Positions 6,329 through 13,199 of a DNA stretch of 24,000 nucleotides are shown here, piece after piece (within the stretch, counting starts at the first letter, position 1; every line of letters begins with the position of its first letter). The stretch is from Clostridia bacterium (lineage in GTDB: Bacteria; Bacillota; Clostridia; Oscillospirales; CAG-272): contig JAFSYU010000026.1 in the NCBI GenBank assembly GCA_017443595.1, positions 1,701-25,700 of the forward strand, given 5' to 3'. The notes below the pieces were generated by a model, which did not search any database, was not told the origin of the DNA, and worked only from the letters and a program-made list of their open reading frames with translations. The position numbers were made by a program, and so were the translations under genes.

Positions 6329-9319
6329 ATGGAAACGATCATAGAGAAACTGCAAAGATATACAAAAGAAGACCCCAATGCCGTTATACTGTACGATGAA
6401 GCTCATTCAAACGGCATCTCCTACGCCATGCTTGACGATATGTCCGGCCGCGTTTACGCTTATCTGAAAGCGAACGGGATAGGCAAAGAGGATTTTGTCC
6501 TTATCAATCTGCCGCGCGGAGTATTGCCGATAATCGCCATGGTCGGTATCTGGAAAGCCGGAGCCGCGTGGGCTCTTGTTGAAGATACGTACGCGCCGGA
6601 CCGTATCGCTTATATACGCGAGGACTGCGGCTGCAAATTCGAGCTGTCCGCTTCGAACTGGGAAGAAGTCATGCGCACAGAACCGCTTGCCGGCCACGAG
6701 GAAGTTGACGAGCACGACGCGGCGTACGCGATCTACACCTCCGGTACGACCGGAAATCCCAAAGGCGTGCTTCACGAATACGGAAACCTTGAACGCGCCA
6801 TCGAATCTATAAAGGTCGGCGGCGTCAACCCGTTCAGCGGCAAGGACCGCCTGGCAACGCTTGCTCCGATGAATTTTGTTGCGACCGTCATAGTTATTTT
6901 GTCGGGCTTAAACGTTTTCCGCGGCAAAAACTTTATAGTCTCTTACGCGACTATAAAAAATCCCGCGGCGCTGGCAAAATTCTTTATTACAAAGCGCATC
7001 ACCATAACGTTTTTGACGCCTTCATACGTCCGTATGCTCGGCAATCAGACGGGACCGTTTCTGCGTATGCTGTTTGTCGGCTCCGAGCCTGCGAACAACA
7101 TCTACAACAAGAATCTTGATCTTATAAATATTTACGCGTGCAGCGAGTCCGGATTTGCGGTAGGAGTTTTCCGGATAGACCGTTCTTATGAGACGTGTCC
7201 CGTAGGCAAACCCGAGGTCAATACGGTGATCACGCTTATATCCGAAGAAGGAAATGAAGTAGCAGACGGCGAGATGGGCGAGCTTTGCTTTGAAAACCCG
7301 TACGTCAGAGGATACATAAACTTACCGGAGGAGACGAAAAAATCGTTTGTTGACAAAGTGTTCCACACCGGCGACCTTGCCCGCAAAGACGAAAAGGGCA
7401 ACTACGTACTGCTCGGACGCTCAAACGATATGATAAAGATAAACGGCAACCGCATAGAGCCGGCTGAAATAGAAGCCGCCGTAAAACAGGCGCTGGGTAT
7501 AGACTGGGCGGCTGCCAAAGGTATTGACGCGGGCGGCAAGAGCTATCTGTGCGCATATTATACCGCGGATATAAAAGTTGACTCCGAGGCGCTGCGCGCC
7601 GAGCTTTTAAAGCGTCTGCCGTATTATATGATACCCTCTTACTATATCAAAATAGATTCCGTACCGCTGAAGCCGAACGGAAAGCTTGACCGCAAGGCGC
7701 TGCCGGTACCGGACGCAAAGGATTTTGCAAGCGACTACGCGGCTCCCACAAACGAGACAGAAGAAAAGCTCTGTCTTGCAATGGCAAAGGTGCTCAAGCT
7801 CTCGCAGGTCGGCATACATGACGACTTCTATGAAATGGGCGGAGACTCGCTCGGCTCCATCGAACTTATAACCGAATGCGATCTGCCCGGACTCAACGCC
7901 GGAGAGATATTCCGCGGAAGAACGCCGGAAAAGATAGCAAAGCTGTACGAAGAGCTCCATACCGGAGACGACGGCGTAAATCCCGATGAATTGAATGAAG
8001 CCGCGCTTGCATCGGAGCATCCGCTTACAGCCGAACAGCTGTATATGATAGACTATCAGCTCTACACACCGAATTCAACCATGTATAACCTCTTCTCCGT
8101 TATGAAAGTGGACAAGGAGATTTTCAATCTTACGAAGCTGGCGGAAGCTATGCAGACGGCGATCAAGGCGCATCCGGCGCTTCTGACGACATTCGGCTAC
8201 AATGACGACGGTGAGATCGTACAGCGCTGCTCGCTTGATAACCTGCCGGATATACACGTTGAAAAGCTGACCGAATTCGAATTCAAGTACGTTAAGGATA
8301 CGCTCGTATATCCGTTCAAGATAATCGGCGGAAGACTTTGCCGCTGTCGCATTTTTGAAACGGAAAAAGCCGGTTATATATTCTTTGACGTACATCATTC
8401 ACTGTTTGACGGCACGTCGCTGAAAGTTTTCCTCGGCGGCGTGGTGAAGGCTTATATGGGCATGCCTATAGAGCCTGACTACTACTATCTTATGTTAAAG
8501 AACCGCGAAGAAGCGATCCACACCGATTTCTACGAGGAAAGCAAGCGTTACTTCGAAGAACATTATGACAACGTGGAATGGTCAAGTTATCCGAAAATCG
8601 ACCATGAATCAAGAGATAACGAAATGGGAGAGCTGTTTGCTTCTCTTAACATTGAACAGCCGCAGATGACCGCAATGGAGCGCGCTTATAAGATAAGCCG
8701 CAACGAGTTCTTCATCACAGTCGCGGCGCTCGCCATATCGATCTACAACAACAAACCGGATATAAAACTCTCGTGGATATATAACGGCCGTGAAGACGTA
8801 CAGATGATGTCAAGCGTAGGTCTTCTGTTCCGCGATCTGCCGGTCGCTTTCCGCTTTAAAGACAGCGACACGCTGCGCAACGTTTTCGCAGACGTTCACG
8901 AACAGGTACAGAAGGGAATAGAGCACAGCTGTTATCCTTACGTTGACCTGCACAATCAGGTCGCGCAGGGAGAGAGCGCATATCTTTTGTATCAGCAGGA
9001 TATACGCGACATGGGCGGCTTTGAAGGTTTTGATATCACGCCGGTCGAAGTACGTCAGAACCAGGCGGCTTCACAGACGATACTTGATATGGAGATACTT
9101 GACGGTCAGGACGGTCTGCAGCTTATGATAGACTTTGCCGCGAGCCGTTATAACGAAGCAAGCATTGAAAAATTCAAAGATATCTACGTAAAGCTTGCTC
9201 AGGCGCTTGTAACGCACAATTCACAGAAAGACGTTACCATAGGCGAGATCAAGGCGAAGATCGACGACAAAAAGTCGTTCTTCAGCGTCGTTAAGGGTAT
9301 CTTCTCAAGGAAGAAATAA
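6329..9319 (+). CDS. Single-module nonribosomal peptide synthetase, domain order A-T-C (996 aa)
   Basis: GGAGG RBS 8 nt before the ATG at 6329. A domain (~6329-7723): A3 YTSGTTGNPKG (6734-6766), A6 GELCFENPYVRGY, A7 FHTGDLA, A8 GRSNDMIKINGNRIEPAEIE, A10 PNGKLDRKAL. T domain: FYEMGGDSLGS with Ser at 7847-7849. C domain (~8012-9316): HHSLFDG at 8393-8413. Confidence 0.92.
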   Translation: METIIEKLQRYTKEDPNAVILYDEAHSNGISYAMLDDMSGRVYAYLKANGIGKEDFVLINLPRGVLPIIAMVGIWKAGAAWALVEDTYAPDRIAYIREDCGCKFELSASNWEEVMRTEPLAGHEEVDEHDAAYAIYTSGTTGNPKGVLHEYGNLERAIESIKVGGVNPFSGKDRLATLAPMNFVATVIVILSGLNVFRGKNFIVSYATIKNPAALAKFFITKRITITFLTPSYVRMLGNQTGPFLRMLFVGSEPANNIYNKNLDLINIYACSESGFAVGVFRIDRSYETCPVGKPEVNTVITLISEEGNEVADGEMGELCFENPYVRGYINLPEETKKSFVDKVFHTGDLARKDEKGNYVLLGRSNDMIKINGNRIEPAEIEAAVKQALGIDWAAAKGIDAGGKSYLCAYYTADIKVDSEALRAELLKRLPYYMIPSYYIKIDSVPLKPNGKLDRKALPVPDAKDFASDYAAPTNETEEKLCLAMAKVLKLSQVGIHDDFYEMGGDSLGSIELITECDLPGLNAGEIFRGRTPEKIAKLYEELHTGDDGVNPDELNEAALASEHPLTAEQLYMIDYQLYTPNSTMYNLFSVMKVDKEIFNLTKLAEAMQTAIKAHPALLTTFGYNDDGEIVQRCSLDNLPDIHVEKLTEFEFKYVKDTLVYPFKIIGGRLCRCRIFETEKAGYIFFDVHHSLFDGTSLKVFLGGVVKAYMGMPIEPDYYYLMLKNREEAIHTDFYEESKRYFEEHYDNVEWSSYPKIDHESRDNEMGELFASLNIEQPQMTAMERAYKISRNEFFITVAALAISIYNNKPDIKLSWIYNGREDVQMMSSVGLLFRDLPVAFRFKDSDTLRNVFADVHEQVQKGIEHSCYPYVDLHNQVAQGESAYLLYQQDIRDMGGFEGFDITPVEVRQNQAASQTILDMEILDGQDGLQLMIDFAASRYNEASIEKFKDIYVKLAQALVTHNSQKDVTIGEIKAKIDDKKSFFSVVKGIFSRKK

Positions 9320-9321
9320 TT

Positions 9322-10956
9322 ATGGAAGAATATCGCCCTAACCGTAAGATAGAGGGAGAATATGACAAAAGCCGTGCGGCGCAATGCATAAACGGCATAT
9401 TTGTCGGCAAAGAAAGTGAAGGAGTGACCGCTTTTCGCGGCATTCCTTTCGCTTTGCCTCCGGTAAAGGAGCTGCGGTGGAAAAAGCCCGCCCCGGTCGG
9501 ACCGTCGGATAGTGTTTTTGAAGCTCTGTATAACGGACCTTCTGCCATACAGACCGTTTTGGATTCGGAGAGGGCTTCGTTTTACCGTCAAAGCGAGGAC
9601 TGCCTTTATCTTAACGTATGGACAGCGGACGGCTTTGACGGTCAAAAACGCGCCGTTATGGTCTTTATACACGGAGGCAATTACGGCTGGGGAGGCACCG
9701 CGGATCCGCTTTACGACGGACACAACTTTGTAAAAGCGCACCCGGAGGTCGTGCTTGTCACCATCGCATACCGTGTGGGTATAACGGGATTTATCGATCT
9801 TTCGGAAGTACCGGGCGGGGAAGAGTATCCGTACAGCGGAAATCTCGGACTGCTTGATCAGATCTGCGCTTTGCGGTATATAAAGGAAAATATCGCCGCA
9901 TTCGGCGGCGACGCGGAGAATATCACGGTATTCGGAGAATCCGCCGGAGGCGGGAGCGTGTCGCTTTTGCCTCTTATCCCGGAGGCAAAAGGGCTGTTTT
10001 CCCGCGTTATCGCGCAAAGCGGCTCTGTTGCTTTAAGCTATAGCAGAAAAGAATGTCTGCCGCTCACGCGTGATCTGATGAAAAAAGCAAAAGCAAAAAA
10101 TATGGCGGATCTGCTCGCGCTGACGGAAGAACAGCTTATGGAAGTGAACAAAAAGCTGAAAGACAATAACAATTTTCCGGAGCGCGACGGCGTTGTATTG
10201 CCGGAAGATCCGTATGCCGCATACGATAACGCGGACGCTTTTCCCGTTGATATGCTGGAAGGAACAAACGCGGATGAACTCCGCTATTGGATACTTGACG
10301 TCGGAGGGCTTTTTATATACTGTCAAATGAGCTACATGCTGTTCGGCAGCGCGGTAAAGCAATTTGAAAAATCAGACAAAGCGCGTGCAAAAAGCTTTAT
10401 TGAACTGCAGAAGTCCGAAGGGATCCGCGGCAAGCCGTGGCGGATAACGGAATTTTTCAACGAGCTTATATTCAGACTGCCCGCGATACGTCAGGGCGAA
10501 GCCCACGCAAAAAACGGGAACAGAGTGTTTTTATACTACTGGGATCAACCGTCGGCTATCCCTGATCTTAAAGCCTGCCACGCGGTAGAACTCGCATACG
10601 TGTTCAACAATACGGAAGACACGATATATACCGGCGGCGGTGTTAATGAAGAACTTGCGCGGCAGGTGCAGAAAATGTGGGTGAATTTTGCCGTAAACGG
10701 CGATCCGTCGACCGATAACGTAAAGTGGGAGCCTTATTCCGAAACGTCGCGCAGCACCATGATCTTAGGGCAAAACACACGTGTTGAAAAAGACTGGAAA
10801 GAGCAGGAGAGAAAGTGCCTGACACCGCTTTTAAAGTACAATTTAAACGGCAATTCCGCCGCGCCCTCGGTCGATATAAAGAAGATATTGATCATAGCCG
10901 GTGCGGTGATCGCGGCTGTCGGAGCGTCAGTGCTGCTGCGGCTGCTTTTCAGGTAA
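9322..10956 (+). CDS. Type-B carboxylesterase/lipase (PnbA-like) with a C-terminal transmembrane anchor
   Basis: The ATG lies 2 nt after the NRPS stop. Motifs: EDCLYLNVW, oxyanion FIHGGNYGWG, nucleophile elbow FGESAGG (Ser at 9940-9942), His region ACHAVELAYVF. Last 23 aa ILIIAGAVIAAVGASVLLRLLFR (10885-10953) are hydrophobic. No N-terminal signal peptide. Confidence 0.9.
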   Translation: MEEYRPNRKIEGEYDKSRAAQCINGIFVGKESEGVTAFRGIPFALPPVKELRWKKPAPVGPSDSVFEALYNGPSAIQTVLDSERASFYRQSEDCLYLNVWTADGFDGQKRAVMVFIHGGNYGWGGTADPLYDGHNFVKAHPEVVLVTIAYRVGITGFIDLSEVPGGEEYPYSGNLGLLDQICALRYIKENIAAFGGDAENITVFGESAGGGSVSLLPLIPEAKGLFSRVIAQSGSVALSYSRKECLPLTRDLMKKAKAKNMADLLALTEEQLMEVNKKLKDNNNFPERDGVVLPEDPYAAYDNADAFPVDMLEGTNADELRYWILDVGGLFIYCQMSYMLFGSAVKQFEKSDKARAKSFIELQKSEGIRGKPWRITEFFNELIFRLPAIRQGEAHAKNGNRVFLYYWDQPSAIPDLKACHAVELAYVFNNTEDTIYTGGGVNEELARQVQKMWVNFAVNGDPSTDNVKWEPYSETSRSTMILGQNTRVEKDWKEQERKCLTPLLKYNLNGNSAAPSVDIKKILIIAGAVIAAVGASVLLRLLFR

Positions 10957-10982
10957 ACGATCGCAAAAAGACCCTGTGATAT

Positions 10983-11008
10983 GCCGACTGTTCTTAAGGA
11001 CAGTCGGC
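10983..11008. repeat. Near-perfect 26-nt palindrome GCCGACTGTTCTT/AAGGACAGTCGGC
   Basis: 13+13 nt with one mismatch, 27 nt after the esterase stop. No T-run follows, so it is not a canonical terminator. Confidence 0.8.
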
Positions 11009-11009
11009 A

Positions 11010-11190
11010 GCGAAATCCACCCTGTCGGGTGGGTGAAATCGCCTGCGGCGGTGAAATTGCCCTGCGGGCAGTGAAATCCGCCTCGGCGGCGGGTGGGTGG
11101 ATTTCATTTCACCGAACGCGACAGTGTTCGATTTCACCTGAGGGCGACGCCCGAAGATTTCACCTTTTGCCGTAAGGCAAAAGATTTCAC
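11010..11190. repeat. Array of short, sequence-diverse hairpins separated by a conserved heptamer (G[C/T]GAAAT x4, then ATTTCAC x4)
   Basis: GCGAAAT at 11010; GTGAAAT at 11033, 11051 and 11071; ATTTCAC at 11106, 11131, 11157 and 11184. Hairpins between them: CCACCC/GGGTGG (11017-11032), CGCC/GGCG (11040-11050), TGCCC/GGGCA (11058-11070), CCGCC/GGCGG (11078-11089), CGAAC/GTTCG (11113-11130), GGGC/GCCC (11142-11152), CTTTTGCC/GGCAAAAG (11164-11183). A further hairpin GACGTTT/AAACGTC lies at 11197-11217. Confidence 0.85.
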
Positions 11191-11243
11191 TATTCTGACG
11201 TTTGGCACACAAACGTCCTGCTTGCGTCGATCTGCGACAAAAA

Positions 11244-11288
11244 CCGACTGAAATAAGGATTTTTCCTTACCTCAGCCGGTTTTTATTT
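11244..11288 (+). terminator. Probable rho-independent terminator
   Basis: Imperfect 15-nt stem CCGACTGAAATAAGG / CCTTACCTCAGCCGG (12 of 15 pairs), loop ATTTTT, then TTTTTATTT. Confidence 0.5.
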
Positions 11289-11438
11289 ACTGTCCTTCAG
11301 AGCACCTCGCGCATACAAGGTCTTTTTTATCCGCAAAAGATCCGTTAAGATCCGATTCCGGGTCGGAAACGACAGAAATACTATAAAAACATCCGGTTCA
11401 ACTCCGATTATATTAAGGAATAAATTTTTAAAATATTA

Positions 11439-11467
11439 TTGAAAAGTATAAATATAACTACTACAAT
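11439..11467 (+). promoter_or_regulatory. Candidate promoter of the LysR gene
   Basis: TTGAAA (11439-11444), 17-nt spacer, TACAAT (11462-11467), 45 nt upstream of the ATG at 11512. Confidence 0.45.
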
Positions 11468-11511
11468 ATAATCAGTTGATAATTCAAATAATCAAACGCT
11501 GTGAGGACGGT

Positions 11512-12453
11512 ATGAACCTTCTTAACATGAAATACGCGATCGCTATCGCTGAAACAAAGTCGCTCAACAAAGCGGCGGAAAAACTTTATATAGGTCAGCC
11601 TGCGCTCAGCCGTTCCATAAAAGAGCTTGAGGCAAATCTCGGCACGTCGCTTTTTGAGCGCAGCGTAAAGGGAATGACGCTTACGCCGGACGGTGAAAAA
11701 TTCATCCGCTACGCCAAGGTCATTTTGAACAAGGTAGACGAGATAGAGGAGATGTTCAAGACCGAAACGGATAACAAGATCAGGTTTTCCATATGTGTGC
11801 CGAGGGTCAGCTATATCTGCGACGCGTTCGTCAATTTCACAAGACACTTAAAAAACGACGGCAGCATTGAGATATTTTATCAGGAAACGAACGCCATGCG
11901 CGCGGTAAAGAACATTTTAAACGACGACTATAAGCTGGGCGTTGTGCGCTTTGCGGAAAGCTATGCTAAGTATTATGACGATATGTTCCGCGAAAAATCG
12001 CTTGAAAGCAGGATAATAACTCGGTTTAAATACGTTCTTATAATGAGCCGTCATTCGCCGCTTGCCAAGCTTGAGCAGATAACCTTTGACGATCTCGGCG
12101 ATTATATAGAGATCGCGCACGCGGATCCGTACGTTCCTTCTCTTCCCGTTTCCGAGGTCAAAAAAGAGGAGTTGTCTGATAACTGCCAAAGACACATATT
12201 CGTATTTGAGCGCGGTTCACAGTTCCAGCTTTTGTCAGAAAACGTGGATACGTTTATGTGGGTGTCGCCCGTGCAGAAGTCGCTTCTTGAAAAATTTGAC
12301 CTTGTGCAGAGGTACTGCGTTGACAACAACCGCGAGTATAACGACGTGCTTATCTACCGCGACGATTACAGATTATCTCAGCTTGACAATATGTTTATAG
12401 AGGAGCTCGTTTACTCAAAACGCGTCAACCTTGACAACTGCATAATCAAGTAA
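11512..12453 (+). CDS. LysR-family transcriptional regulator
   Basis: N-terminal HTH MNLLNMKYAIAIAETKSLNKAAEKLYIGQPALSRSIKELEANLGTSLFERSVKGMTLTPDGEKF is the classic LysR signature, with a ~200-aa effector domain after it. GAGGA RBS before the ATG at 11512; the track start at 11476 has no RBS. Confidence 0.9.
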   Translation: MNLLNMKYAIAIAETKSLNKAAEKLYIGQPALSRSIKELEANLGTSLFERSVKGMTLTPDGEKFIRYAKVILNKVDEIEEMFKTETDNKIRFSICVPRVSYICDAFVNFTRHLKNDGSIEIFYQETNAMRAVKNILNDDYKLGVVRFAESYAKYYDDMFREKSLESRIITRFKYVLIMSRHSPLAKLEQITFDDLGDYIEIAHADPYVPSLPVSEVKKEELSDNCQRHIFVFERGSQFQLLSENVDTFMWVSPVQKSLLEKFDLVQRYCVDNNREYNDVLIYRDDYRLSQLDNMFIEELVYSKRVNLDNCIIK

Positions 12454-12508
12454 CTTTCCGGTTTTTGATACCGGTTATCAAAAATTCTCATTATCAATAT
12501 CAAAAAAA

Positions 12509-12544
12509 GCAGACGAATCTTACAAAAAACGCCTGCTTTTTTTG
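12509..12544 (+). terminator. Rho-independent terminator after the LysR gene
   Basis: Stem GCAGACG (12509-12515) / CGCCTGC (12530-12536) with one mismatch, then TTTTTTT. Confidence 0.55.
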
Positions 12545-12578
12545 TGTATTTTTACGTTTTTTACAAACGCCGCGCCGT

Positions 12579-12623
12579 ATACCGTAAATCAAAATCATAC
12601 CGTTTACCAAAAGTGATAACGGT
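12579..12623. promoter_or_regulatory. Candidate regulator-binding motifs upstream of the hydrogenase promoter
   Basis: Direct repeat ATACCGT at 12579-12585 and 12597-12603. Inverted repeat ACCGTT (12599-12604) - N13 - AACGGT (12618-12623). The motifs end 17 nt upstream of the -35. Confidence 0.3.
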
Positions 12624-12639
12624 GTTGCTTTATAGGCAT

Positions 12640-12668
12640 TTTACATTAAGGAATTTATGTGTTATTAT
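12640..12668 (+). promoter_or_regulatory. Sigma-A promoter of the hydrogenase/adhE gene string
   Basis: TTTACA (12640-12645), 17-nt spacer, TGtTATTAT (TATTAT at 12663-12668), 34 nt upstream of the hydC start. Confidence 0.55.
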
Positions 12669-12701
12669 GAGCCTGCGAAATAAAACGTCAAAGGAAAGGA
12701 A

Positions 12702-13199
12702 ATGTACATGAACGAAAACTTTGATTATAGCGTAGTGGAATCCATACTGCAGGAACATCAGTGCAGTGAAAAAGCGATAATCGCAATACTGCAGGACGTT
12801 CAGGAACACTATCACTACCTGCCGTCGGAAGCATTTCCGTATATGGCAAAAAAACTTAACGTAAGCGAGGCGCGCATTTACAGCGTGGCGACCTTTTACG
12901 AAAATTTCTCACTTGAACCCAAAGGCAAATACGTTGTCAAGGTATGTGACGGCACGGCGTGCCACGTAAGAAAATCCATACCGATACTTGACAGGCTCCG
13001 CGCGGAGCTCGGACTTTCCGAAAAAAAGAAAACAACGGATGATCTTTTGTTTACGGTGGAGACCGTTTCCTGCCTCGGCGCCTGCGGGCTTGCCCCGGTA
13101 ATGACGGTAAACGACAAGGTACACCCCGCCATGACTCCGGAAAAAGCATCCGCGCTCATAAAAGAACTGATAGAGAAGGAGAAAAACAATGCTGACTGA
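12702..13199 (+). CDS. hydC: [FeFe]-hydrogenase subunit HydC (NuoE-like thioredoxin-fold [2Fe-2S] protein)
   Basis: CDGTACH ... CLGACGLAPV (Cx4C...Cx3C NuoE pattern), 165 aa, overlapping hydB by 11 nt. An alternative ATG at 12708 is equally RBS-compatible. Confidence 0.9.
   Translation: MYMNENFDYSVVESILQEHQCSEKAIIAILQDVQEHYHYLPSEAFPYMAKKLNVSEARIYSVATFYENFSLEPKGKYVVKVCDGTACHVRKSIPILDRLRAELGLSEKKKTTDDLLFTVETVSCLGACGLAPVMTVNDKVHPAMTPEKASALIKELIEKEKNNAD

Noticed and set aside
5950-6329. Longer N-terminal extensions offered by the ORF track (starts at 5950, 6269, 11476, 15003, 20556 and 3405)
   Set aside because: Each extended start lacks an RBS and/or overlaps the preceding gene. In every case an internal ATG is preceded by a strong GGAGG-type RBS at 5-11 nt and begins the conserved domain. 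The chosen starts are 6013, 6329, 11512, 15066, 20583 and 3441.
9199-10017. 272-aa ORF on the minus strand
   Set aside because: It is entirely antisense to the NRPS 3' end and to the carboxylesterase, whose catalytic motifs are unambiguous. Its composition is Arg/Ser/Phe-rich and low-complexity, and it has no RBS. This is a typical shadow ORF.
11113-11130. CGAAC...GTTCG as a LexA/Cheo box
   Set aside because: The spacer is 8 nt rather than 4. The sequence is one of the array hairpins and is not near an SOS-type gene promoter.
10983-11190. Possible CRISPR array
   Set aside because: The conserved unit is only 7 nt and the 'spacers' are 11-20 nt self-complementary hairpins. Spacing is irregular and the repeat flips orientation midway. 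No cas genes are present. None of this fits a CRISPR array.
11010-11190. GTGAAAT/ATTTCAC heptamers as Rex (TTGTGAA-N-TTCACAA) or CRP/FNR-type operators
   Set aside because: The heptamers do contain the GTGAA/TTCAC core. However, opposing half-sites are at least 28 nt apart, the preceding base is G or A rather than T, and the array lies 1.5 kb and one gene away from the hyd promoter. I note the resemblance but it is not a canonical operator.
10981-11212. 64-aa (+) and 72-aa (-) ORFs in the esterase-LysR intergenic region
   Set aside because: Both are generated by the hairpin/heptamer array, and their 'peptides' simply echo the repeats (…GEIACGGEIA…). Neither has an RBS, and they overlap each other on opposite strands.
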